A stretch of 24,000 nucleotides of DNA. It comes from Acutalibacteraceae bacterium. Its GTDB lineage: Bacteria > Bacteroidota > Bacteroidia > Bacteroidales > Bacteroidaceae. The stretch covers positions 12,810-36,809 of the forward strand of contig CAVEJY010000167.1 of NCBI GenBank assembly GCA_963616155.1, given 5' to 3'. The notes under the pieces were generated by a model, which saw only the letters and a list, made by a program, of their open reading frames with translations, had not been told where the DNA came from and made no database searches. Of the stretch, positions 6,412 to 14,324 are shown piece by piece (the stretch's first letter is position 1; each line of letters begins with the position of its first letter). The position numbers were made by a program, and so were the translations under genes.

Positions 6412-7971
6412 ATGAAAAAGATCATGAGTAAATATGGGAAGGTGGCACTGGTCGCATTGTTCGGCTTGTGCGTCTTCCTCTTTTGGTATTGCGGCTATCC
6501 GCAAGCCCTCTGTTATCATGAGCAAAACCAACTGTTCCTGTGGACAGCGGATTACTTCCTGCACGACCTGATCGTAGCAGGGGGCTTGGCAGACTATCTC
6601 TCCGAATTCCTGGTGCAGTTCTATTATGTTCCTTGGTTGGGAGCATTGCTGTTGGCTTGCCTTTTCATGGCATTCCTGTCGCTTACTTATCTCGTAATCC
6701 AGAGTTTTACGGGGAAAACTCTCCGATGGTACTGGATGCCTGTCAGTCTCTTGCCCTCGTTGTGGCTCTTGATGGTGATGGGCGACCCGGAGGTGTTGCT
6801 CTCTTTCCCCGTGGCTTTGACTTTGGCTCTATTGGCGGTGTGGCTCATGAATAAGGGTTGCAAAAAGTGGGAGAGCCGTTTCTTGCTGTTAGAGCTCTTG
6901 ACAGTCCCTGCGCTCTTCTGGCTGTTGGGCGGAGCGGTGACATGGCTCTACGTCTTGACTCGCATCGCTTTCTGTTGCAAGCACTATCGAAAGCTTTCTC
7001 CCGTGTTCCTTTCGATTCCTTATCTCCTTGCCGTGCAACTGATATGCTATAATACCTTCCTTATACAATATCCTTTGGAGTCGGTGATGATAGGTATCAA
7101 CTATTATCGGGGACCACAGGAATTTCCAGGTAAGAACTATGGGTATGACAAAGATTTGTATCGACTCTTGAAGATGAATATGCTGGTGAGGCAGGGCAAG
7201 TGGAATGACATAGTCCACGAGGCTGAACAATATCAGATAACGACGGCTTTTTATAGCAATTGTGTGAACCTTGCTTTGGCAAAGACCCGTCAGCTCGCCG
7301 ACCGCCAGTTCTCCTTTTACCAGAGTGGAGAGAACGCTTTGTTGGCTCCCCGCTCCCGTGACAATATGACGATGTATCCGACGATGGAGGCGTTTTGGAA
7401 TTTAGGGATGGTCAACTCGTCCCTGCGTTACGCCACCGACTTACAGGCTTCCATCTTGAATGCCAAGGTGAGCGGACGGTTGATGAGGCGCATCACCGAG
7501 TGCCAGATGGTGAATGGCAAGTATGCCGTCGCCCGGAAGAATATCGACCTCTTGAAACAGTCGCTCTTCTATCACGACTGGGCGGTGAAGGCAGAGGCGA
7601 TGCTGGGCGACGATGTGGCTATCAGCCGAGACTCCGAACTGGGTAGGGCGAGGAGAATGCGCTTCAAGAAAGACATGATTTATAGCTACCCCGAAATAGA
7701 AAAGATGTTGGGACTGCTCTTCATCAACAATCCCGACAACAAGATGGCGCTCGACTACTTCATGGGGCAGATGCTCCTGAAGGGAGACTTCCAGGGGTTT
7801 ATGCAATATGGTGCCAGTTGGGTACAGAGATATGGCGGCTATATGCAAATGCCGGTAGGCTATCAGGATGCCGTGAGGTGCATACAGAACCGTGGCAATG
7901 TGCCGGGGTCTCCCTATGCGGCGTATGCTAAGAGAATGATGACCCAACAACAGGAAGGAGGCAGACGATGA
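6412..7971 (+). CDS. Polytopic inner-membrane protein (about 8 TM segments in residues 1-220) with a C-terminal soluble helical-repeat (TPR-like) domain; possibly the Bacteroidota DUF6057 family
   Basis: It starts 6 nt after the previous stop. Hydrophobic segments include VALVALFGLCVFLFWYCGY, WLGALLLACLFMAFLSLTYLVI, LLPSLWLLMVMG, FPVALTLALLAVWLM, LLTVPALFWLLGGAVTWLYVL and IPYLLAVQLICY. The C-terminal half is hydrophilic and helical. The DUF6057 assignment is from memory and unverified. Confidence 0.85.
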   Translation: MKKIMSKYGKVALVALFGLCVFLFWYCGYPQALCYHEQNQLFLWTADYFLHDLIVAGGLADYLSEFLVQFYYVPWLGALLLACLFMAFLSLTYLVIQSFTGKTLRWYWMPVSLLPSLWLLMVMGDPEVLLSFPVALTLALLAVWLMNKGCKKWESRFLLLELLTVPALFWLLGGAVTWLYVLTRIAFCCKHYRKLSPVFLSIPYLLAVQLICYNTFLIQYPLESVMIGINYYRGPQEFPGKNYGYDKDLYRLLKMNMLVRQGKWNDIVHEAEQYQITTAFYSNCVNLALAKTRQLADRQFSFYQSGENALLAPRSRDNMTMYPTMEAFWNLGMVNSSLRYATDLQASILNAKVSGRLMRRITECQMVNGKYAVARKNIDLLKQSLFYHDWAVKAEAMLGDDVAISRDSELGRARRMRFKKDMIYSYPEIEKMLGLLFINNPDNKMALDYFMGQMLLKGDFQGFMQYGASWVQRYGGYMQMPVGYQDAVRCIQNRGNVPGSPYAAYAKRMMTQQQEGGRR

Positions 7972-9431
7972 GGAAAATTATAGGAACGTTTATTATAGGT
8001 GCCTTGTTGGCGGCTTGTTCGCCATCGGTGGAGAATCCTACGAGGGTAGACCACCAGCCGAGCATCTATCCAGACTATATTGGTGTGACGATACCGGCGA
8101 ACATCGCTCCTCTCAACTTCAACATGAAGGGGGAGGCGGTGGATGTCGTGGATGTTGTGGCGAAAGGTAGCAAGGAGGGTGAAATCCATGTGAGTGGAGA
8201 GTGGGCGGACTTTGATGTGGACGAGTGGCATCGGCTTACCCGGCAGAACAAGGGAGGGAGCATCACCTTTACCGTCTGCACCCGTAAGGACGGGGAGTGG
8301 AAACAATACAAGGACTTCCAGATGCAGGTGAGCCCTTATGACTTGGACGACTATGGCTTGACCTATCGCCGCATCGCGCCGGGCTATGAGGTGGGTGGCG
8401 ATATCGGCATCTACCAGCGTGACATCCATACCTTCGAGGAGTCTGCTATCATGACAGAGACGGCTCTCCCCGGCAGGTGTTTCAATTGCCACACTACCAA
8501 CCGCACTGACCCTAAGCAGGTGACGGCGCAGATCCGTGGCGACGGTGGTGGAACGCTCGTGATGAAAGAGGGCAAGCAACAATGGATTGACACCAAGACC
8601 GACTCTACCAAGGCTGCCGGCAGTTATGCCTATTGGCATCCGGAGGGCAACTATGTGGCTTATGCGGCCAACAATGTGTTCCAGAGTTTCTTCGTGGGTA
8701 CCAAGCAATCCATCGAGGTGTACCATACCTTCAGCAACATCGTCTTGCTCGATACCCGTACCAATGAGCTGGTACTCGACGAGCGGCTGATGACACCCGA
8801 CTGGCTGGAGATATTTCCTGCCTTCAGCGCTGATGGCAAGACCTTATATTATAGTACCTCGAAGGAATGCCGTGTGCCTGCGGAATACCTCAAAGTGAAA
8901 TGCTCGTTGGTCAGCATTCCTTTTGATGCCAAGACGGGGATGTTTGGCGAGAAGGTGGACACCCTCCTCAACGGCCCGAAGACTAACATGAGCTATGTCC
9001 TCGCCCGTCCCTCGTATGATGGCAAGTGGTTGATGTACACCTGTTGCAGCAGGAGCAACTTCCCCATCGTGCAACCTGATGCCGACTTGTGGCTGATGAA
9101 CCTAAAGACCCGTGAGACGCATCCCTTGCGGGCAGTGAACAGCCGAATGTCGGAGAGCTACCACAACTGGAGTAGCAACTCCCGTTGGTTTGTGTTCTCC
9201 AGCAAGCGGGGCGACGGCATCTATACCCGTCTCTATCTGTCCTGCATCGACGACAAGGGCAATGCCACCAAACCGTTTCTGCTTCCGCAGCGCAATCCCT
9301 GGAAATATTACCACGGCCTGTTCGATGCCTACAACGTGCCCGACTTCACCAAGACCAAGGTGAATCTCGACATCCGAGAGACCCGCAACCAGGTATTCTC
9401 CGATGAACGCCCCAAGGTAAAGCTGAGGTAG
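7968..9431 (+). CDS. Lipoprotein with a PD40/TolB-like beta-propeller and a single CXXCH motif
   Basis: Its ATG overlaps the upstream stop (ATGA at 7968-7971). MRKIIGTFIIGALLAAC provides the lipobox. CFNCH lies at residues 171-175 (nt 8478-8492). PD40-like repeats are FSADGKTLYYSTS, PSYDGKWLMYT...DLWLMNLKTRETHPL and WSSNSRWFVFSSKRGDG. Confidence 0.85.
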   Translation: MRKIIGTFIIGALLAACSPSVENPTRVDHQPSIYPDYIGVTIPANIAPLNFNMKGEAVDVVDVVAKGSKEGEIHVSGEWADFDVDEWHRLTRQNKGGSITFTVCTRKDGEWKQYKDFQMQVSPYDLDDYGLTYRRIAPGYEVGGDIGIYQRDIHTFEESAIMTETALPGRCFNCHTTNRTDPKQVTAQIRGDGGGTLVMKEGKQQWIDTKTDSTKAAGSYAYWHPEGNYVAYAANNVFQSFFVGTKQSIEVYHTFSNIVLLDTRTNELVLDERLMTPDWLEIFPAFSADGKTLYYSTSKECRVPAEYLKVKCSLVSIPFDAKTGMFGEKVDTLLNGPKTNMSYVLARPSYDGKWLMYTCCSRSNFPIVQPDADLWLMNLKTRETHPLRAVNSRMSESYHNWSSNSRWFVFSSKRGDGIYTRLYLSCIDDKGNATKPFLLPQRNPWKYYHGLFDAYNVPDFTKTKVNLDIRETRNQVFSDERPKVKLR

Positions 9432-9438
9432 GTTGGCG

Positions 9439-9446
9439 TATATTTG
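9439..9446 (+). promoter_or_regulatory. Possible -7 box TATATTTG upstream of the gene stub
   Basis: It matches TAnnTTTG and lies 25 nt upstream of the ATG at 9471. No TTG is present at the 23-nt upstream spacing seen at the other promoters. Confidence 0.3.
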
Positions 9447-9470
9447 TACATCCTAAAAACACGTTGAGAT

Positions 9471-9659
9471 ATGGCAAGAAAATTATACCCGATAGGAATA
9501 CAGACGTTTGAGGAGATTCGAAGACCCGACAATCTCTATGTCGACAAGACGGAATACGTCTATCGTATGACGCATACGGATGGCAAGTATTTCTTCTTGA
9601 GCCGTCCCAGACGGTTTGGAAAATCGCGACCGAAACAACTTAAAACTTATTCTATATGA
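9471..9659 (+). pseudogene. N-terminal stub (~52 codons) of an AAA-ATPase-like / PD-(D/E)XK family gene (PF09820-type, normally >500 aa)
   Basis: MARKLYPIGIQTFEEIRRPDNLYVDKTEYVYRMTHTDGKYFFLSRPRRFGKS matches the conserved N-terminus of this abundant Bacteroidales family, including the YVDKT and FLSRPRRFGKS blocks. Similarity stops at about 9626. Ten unrelated codons follow, then a TGA at 9657-9659. Confidence 0.75.
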
Positions 9660-10102
9660 TTGTATCCAACTTACAGAATTCGGAGAGGGTAGAGTCGCTC
9701 CATCCTCTCTTCAAGCAAGTCTTCGACTTCGTGAAGAGCCACGACCTGCTCCATGAGGAACCGGGACGCATCACGCTGGACGGAGACAACCTGTTCATCA
9801 ACAACTCTAACCCTGAGTGCGTGGCACAGGACAGCCAGAAGCTGGAGGTACACCGCCAGTACATCGACATCCATATCCTCCTGGAGGGGAGAGAACGCAT
9901 CGGATGGAAAGCCATCGAAGACTGCTGGCAGTTGGTGAAGGAATATGACGGGGAGGCCGACTTCGAACTGTATGCCGATGCCCCTACGACATTCGTGGAT
10001 CTGTTGCCCGGACAGTTCGCCATCGTCTATCCCGAAGATCCCCATGCCCCCATCATAGGGGAGGGGAAAATCAGAAAGCTCATCGCCAAAATCAAACTCT
10101 AA
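9656..10102 (+). CDS. YhcH/YjgK/YiaL (DUF386, COG2731 EbgC-like) family protein, cytoplasmic
   Basis: EVHRQYIDIHILLEGRERI and PGQFAIVYPEDPHAP parallel E. coli YhcH (ELHEQYIDIQLLLNGEERI, PGMFAVFMPGEPHKP). There is no signal peptide. The start codon overlaps the stop of the stub ORF (ATGA). Confidence 0.9.
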   Translation: MIVSNLQNSERVESLHPLFKQVFDFVKSHDLLHEEPGRITLDGDNLFINNSNPECVAQDSQKLEVHRQYIDIHILLEGRERIGWKAIEDCWQLVKEYDGEADFELYADAPTTFVDLLPGQFAIVYPEDPHAPIIGEGKIRKLIAKIKL

Positions 10103-10133
10103 TTCAAACTCTGACTCTAACATATCCCCTATC

Positions 10134-13100
10134 ATGAAAAGAACAACCCTTTTCCTTTTTGCCGCCCTCCTCTGTGGTACGTCTGCCCATGCCGACGGCA
10201 CCCTGGGTGGCTATTTCTATCAGCCACAGGAAGCCCCCACGGGGTGGGAATGGCAAAGTCCCGACTCCGTTGCCTACAACAAGCAGCAGCCCCATGCCTG
10301 GTTCTTCTCCTTCCGCACCACGGAAGAGGCACGCAAGGTGCTTCCTGAGAACAGCTCTTACTGGAAGTCGCTCGACGGGCAGTGGAAATTCCACTGGGCA
10401 CCCAATCCCGACGAGCGTCCCAAAGACTTCTTCCTGCCTGGCTATGACGTGTCGGCATGGGACGACATCACCGTGCCCATGAGCTGGAACATGGCAGGAC
10501 TGCAAAAGGACGGCAACAACAAGTATGGCGACCCGCTCTATTCCAACCAGCGCGTCATCTTCCAGCATACATGGAAGACGGTGGGCGACTGGAAAGGCGG
10601 GGTGATGCGCACGCCGCCCAAGGACTGGATGACCTACCGCAACCGCAACGAGGTGGGTTCCTACCGCAGGACCTTCACCGTGCCCGCCGACTGGAACGGA
10701 CAGGAGGTGTACATCGACTTCGACGGCGTGGATTCCTTCTTCTACCTCTATGTCAACGGCAAGTATGTGGGATTCTCCAAGAACTCGCGCAACCTGGCGG
10801 AGTTCAACATCACCCCTTATCTCAACAAGGCAGGACAGGAGAACACGGTGGCAGTGGAGGTGTACCGCCAGTCGGACGGTTCCTTCCTCGAAAGCCAGGA
10901 TATGTTCCGCTTGCCCGGCATCTTCCGCACCGTGGCACTCACGGCGAAGCCACAGGTGCAGGTGAGGGACATCAAGGCGGTGCCCGACCTCGACGACACC
11001 TATTCCCGTGCCAAACTGAACATCACCGCCCAGTTGCAGAACCTCTCCCGCAAGGCGGTGAAGGGCTACAGCGTACAGTATTCGCTCTATGCCAACCGTC
11101 TCTACTCCGACGACAATACCTTGGTGCCCGACGTGACGGCAACCGCCTCTCTCGAAGGTCGCCTTGACTCCAAAGGAGAAACCACGTTGGAGGCGACGAT
11201 CGACGCTGCCGACAAGGTGAGGCTGTGGAGTGCCGAGGCTCCCTACCGCTACACCTTAGTGGGAGAGTTGAAGGACAACAAGGGCAAGACCGTGCAGACC
11301 TTTTCCACCATCGTGGGATTTCGCAAGGTGGAGATCAAGGACACGCCTGCAGACAAGGATGAGTTCGGACTGGCGGGCAGATACTATTATCTCAACGGAC
11401 AGCCCATCAAGATGAAGGGCGTGAACCGCCACGAGAACAATCCACGGACGGGCCACACCGTCAGCCGCGGGCAGATGGAGAAGGAGGTGTTCCTGATGAA
11501 GCGCGCCAACATCAATCATGTGCGCAACTCCCATTATCCCGATGCCCCTTACTGGTATTACCTCTGCGACAAGTACGGCATCTATCTGGAGGATGAGGCT
11601 AACTTGGAGAGCCATGAGTACTACTACGGCAAGCAGAGCCTCTCTCATGTGCCGGAGTTCCGCAACGCCCACATTGCCCGCAATATGGAAATGGTACACG
11701 CCAACGTCAACCATCCCTCCATCGTCATCTGGAGTATGGGCAACGAGGCCGGGCCCGGCAAGAACTTCGTAGACTGCTACAATGCCATCAAGGCTTACGA
11801 CACCAGCCGCCCCGTGCAGTATGAACGCAACAACGACATCGTGGACATGGGTTCCAACCAGTACCCTTCCATCGCCTGGGTGCAGGGTGCCGTGAAGGGA
11901 ACCTATGATTTGAAATATCCTTTCCATATCTCTGAATACGCCCACTCTATGGGCAACGCCTGCGGCAACCTGATAGACTACTGGAACGCCATCGAGAGCA
12001 CCAACTTCTTCATGGGCGGCGCCATCTGGGACTGGGTGGACCAGGCACTCGACAGGCAAGACCCTGCCACCGGCAAGACCTACTGGGCGTACGGCGGAGA
12101 CTTCGGCAAGGACAACAAGCCCAACGACGGTATGTTCTGCATGAACGGCGTGATGCGCCCCGACCTCACCCCCAAGGCGCAGTACTATGAGGTGAAGAAG
12201 GTGTACCAGAACGTGGGTGTCAAGGCGGTGGACATGAAGAAGGGATTGGTGGAGATCTTCAACAAGAACTACTTCGAGCCGCTCAAGGGCTACCAGATCG
12301 TGTGGTCGCTCTTCAAGGACGGCGAGTGCGTGGCGAAAGACCAGCCGCTGCAAGGTCCCAAGAACATTGTCGGTCCTCGTGAGCGGGCGGTGTATACCTT
12401 GCCTTATGACTATGCGAGTCTCGACCCGGAAAGCGAGTATTTCGTCAGCGTGCAGTTCCTCCAGGGCAAGGACGTGCCTTGGGCAAAGAAGGGATATGTG
12501 CAGATGGAGGAACAGCTCCGTGTGAAGGGTGCCGACATCGCCGCTCCTTCCATCGCCACCGTTGCCAAGACGGGCAAGAAGTTGCAGTACAGGCTCGACA
12601 AGGCGGCTGGCCGTGCCACCGTCACGGGCAATGGTTTCGTGGCTTCGTTCGACGTGAAGACGGGTGCCATCTACAGTCTGAGATACGGAGAGCAGGACAT
12701 CATCAAGGATGGTAACGGTCCTAAGCTGGATGCCTTCCGTGCGCCCACCGACAACGATGCCGGCATCGGCTATCCCACGTCGTGGTTCAAGTTTGGCTTG
12801 TATGACTTGCAGCACACCGTCAAGGACTGGAGCTGCACGGCGAAGAAAGACGGCACCTGTCAGCTGAAGTTTACCGTGGAGAGCCAGGGCAAGGAAGGTT
12901 GCGACCAGCCTTACGGCAACCGCGACCGCGACCCGGAGACCGTTTATACTTTCGAGAAGAATAAGCATGAGTTGACGGACGACGACCTGAAGTTCACCAC
13001 TCAGCAGATATACGACATCTATCAGGATGGTTCCATCGAGCTGCAGAGTGTCATCAGCGCCAACCGCTCCCGCATCGTGTTGCCGCGCATCGGTTATTCG

Positions 13101-14051
13101 ATGCAGTTGCCGGGCGATCTGAACCAGTACGACTACTACGGCCGCGGCCCTGTCAACAACTATCCCGACCGCAAGACAGGCCAGGCAATCGCCCATTACC
13201 ACAGTGCTGTGGCAGACCAGGGCATCATGCTTCCCAAGCCGCAGGCACAGGGCAACCGAGAGGAAGTGCGCTGGTGTGCCGTCACCAATGCAGCCAAGCA
13301 GGGCGTGGCGTTCATCGCCGACAGTGTAATGTCTGCCTCTGCACTCCCCTGGAGCCAGCAGGAACTCACCCTCGCCGCCCATCCCTACCAGTTGCCCAAG
13401 AGCAGCGGCACCCACTTGCATCTGGATGCCAAGGTGACAGGACTGGGAGGTGCCAGCTGTGGACAGGGCGGTCCGCTCTCGCCCGACCAGACGCTCAGCA
13501 CCACCTACAGCTTCGGTTTCATCATCCGTCCCACCCGGTTGGACAACCTCGCCCGGCAGGTGAAGGTGTCGACGGCGAACAGCGAGATGGCGAAGGAGTT
13601 GAAGAAGAAGGTGCAGCAGAACCGTCAGGCATCGGAGTTGCAGATAGCCTTCGTCTCCAGTCAGGAGCCCGACGAGGGAGAGGCTGCCTACCTGGTGGAC
13701 GGCGACCCGTCTACCTTCTGGCACACGATGTATTCCATCACCCTCGCCAAGTACCCCCACTGGGTAGACTTCGATGCGGGTGTGGCGAAGACGCTCAAGG
13801 GCGTTACCTATACGGCACGCCAGGACGGCAGTCTGAACGGTTGCATCAAGGACTATGAGATCTATGTCAGCGACGACAACAAGTCGTGGGGCGAGCCCGT
13901 CGCCAAGGGGCGTTTCGAGAAGACCGCCAAGCGGCAGACAGTGATGTTTGCCAAGCCCGTCAAGGCACGTTATGTCCGCTTGCGTGCCCTGAACGAGCAG
14001 GACGGTCAGGACTTCGCCTCCGGATCGGAGTTCACGTTGATAGACAAGTAA
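10134..14051 (+). CDS. Secreted GH2 beta-galactosidase (LacZ-like, with Bgal small-chain domain) plus a C-terminal F5/8 type C (discoidin/CBM32-like) domain
   Basis: The signal peptide is MKRTTLFLFAALLCGTSAHA. GH2 motifs are GVNRHE, IVIWSMGNEAG (equivalent to the LacZ E461 acid/base) and ISEYAHSMGN (equivalent to the LacZ E537 nucleophile). FRAPTDNDAG marks domain 5. The C-terminal YLVDGDPSTFWHT...ARYVRLRALNE (about nt 13635-14048) is discoidin-like. Confidence 0.95.
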   Translation: MKRTTLFLFAALLCGTSAHADGTLGGYFYQPQEAPTGWEWQSPDSVAYNKQQPHAWFFSFRTTEEARKVLPENSSYWKSLDGQWKFHWAPNPDERPKDFFLPGYDVSAWDDITVPMSWNMAGLQKDGNNKYGDPLYSNQRVIFQHTWKTVGDWKGGVMRTPPKDWMTYRNRNEVGSYRRTFTVPADWNGQEVYIDFDGVDSFFYLYVNGKYVGFSKNSRNLAEFNITPYLNKAGQENTVAVEVYRQSDGSFLESQDMFRLPGIFRTVALTAKPQVQVRDIKAVPDLDDTYSRAKLNITAQLQNLSRKAVKGYSVQYSLYANRLYSDDNTLVPDVTATASLEGRLDSKGETTLEATIDAADKVRLWSAEAPYRYTLVGELKDNKGKTVQTFSTIVGFRKVEIKDTPADKDEFGLAGRYYYLNGQPIKMKGVNRHENNPRTGHTVSRGQMEKEVFLMKRANINHVRNSHYPDAPYWYYLCDKYGIYLEDEANLESHEYYYGKQSLSHVPEFRNAHIARNMEMVHANVNHPSIVIWSMGNEAGPGKNFVDCYNAIKAYDTSRPVQYERNNDIVDMGSNQYPSIAWVQGAVKGTYDLKYPFHISEYAHSMGNACGNLIDYWNAIESTNFFMGGAIWDWVDQALDRQDPATGKTYWAYGGDFGKDNKPNDGMFCMNGVMRPDLTPKAQYYEVKKVYQNVGVKAVDMKKGLVEIFNKNYFEPLKGYQIVWSLFKDGECVAKDQPLQGPKNIVGPRERAVYTLPYDYASLDPESEYFVSVQFLQGKDVPWAKKGYVQMEEQLRVKGADIAAPSIATVAKTGKKLQYRLDKAAGRATVTGNGFVASFDVKTGAIYSLRYGEQDIIKDGNGPKLDAFRAPTDNDAGIGYPTSWFKFGLYDLQHTVKDWSCTAKKDGTCQLKFTVESQGKEGCDQPYGNRDRDPETVYTFEKNKHELTDDDLKFTTQQIYDIYQDGSIELQSVISANRSRIVLPRIGYSMQLPGDLNQYDYYGRGPVNNYPDRKTGQAIAHYHSAVADQGIMLPKPQAQGNREEVRWCAVTNAAKQGVAFIADSVMSASALPWSQQELTLAAHPYQLPKSSGTHLHLDAKVTGLGGASCGQGGPLSPDQTLSTTYSFGFIIRPTRLDNLARQVKVSTANSEMAKELKKKVQQNRQASELQIAFVSSQEPDEGEAAYLVDGDPSTFWHTMYSITLAKYPHWVDFDAGVAKTLKGVTYTARQDGSLNGCIKDYEIYVSDDNKSWGEPVAKGRFEKTAKRQTVMFAKPVKARYVRLRALNEQDGQDFASGSEFTLIDK

Positions 14052-14066
14052 GCAAGAATAACACAG

Positions 14067-14110
14067 AAAAACAGGGTGTGTCATCAAGCTGATGGCGCAC
14101 CCTGTTTTTG
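14067..14110 (+). terminator. Rho-independent terminator after the GH2 gene
   Basis: CAGGGTGTG (14072-14080) pairs with CGCACCCTG (14096-14104), 9 bp with one G-U pair. It is flanked by an A-run upstream and TTTTT at 14105-14109. Confidence 0.75.
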
Positions 14111-14233
14111 AACCGCCGATAAACCCTCTAAATATAATAATGTGAAAACTCAAAATCGCAGTCATGCGCCCTGCAAACAGATGTCCGCCAAGAACTGCTT
14201 TTGGCTTTTATTAGAAAAAAGTAAGACTTTTTC

Positions 14234-14264
14234 TTGCAACTTTAGAAAAATTTTCATAGATTTG
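14234..14264 (+). promoter_or_regulatory. Bacteroidota-type promoter for the SusC/SusD pair (-33 TTG at 14234, -7 TAGATTTG at 14257-14264)
   Basis: This is the only TAnnTTTG match in this intergenic region. A TTG lies exactly 23 nt upstream, and the box sits about 60 nt upstream of the SusC ATG. Confidence 0.55.
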
Positions 14265-14324
14265 CAGTCGAGTAATATAGAATGAGACCTAAACCTTTAT
14301 AATTAATTCTTAACTTCATTGATT

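Noticed and set aside
5722-6564. 280-aa minus-strand ORF opposite the DUF4369-like lipoprotein gene, and similar ORFs at 7441-7950, 7914-8726 and 9671-10201
   Set aside because: These are antisense shadows. The plus-strand frames have lipoprotein signals, tight operon spacing and recognisable domain patterns.
10104-10568. 154-aa and 108-aa minus-strand ORFs spanning the GH2 start region, considered as a possible divergent regulator
   Set aside because: They overlap the GH2 signal peptide and N-terminal domain in antisense. Their composition is Arg/Gly/Pro-rich, and they contain no helix-turn-helix or other recognisable motif.
9656-14051. Interpretation of the DUF386 protein as a true EbgC-like subunit of the adjacent GH2
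   Set aside because: The GH2 has a secretion signal and the DUF386 protein does not, so a stable complex is unlikely. The pairing is kept as a finding, but the heteromer interpretation is set aside.
11256-14165. 969-aa minus-strand ORF opposite the GH2 gene
   Set aside because: It is in the same register as the GH2 frame, and the GH2 gene's strong G/C-ending codon bias removes the codons that would create antisense stops. The GH2 frame contains all the catalytic motifs. The antisense product is Leu/Val/Gly/Arg-rich, as expected from reading that bias backwards.
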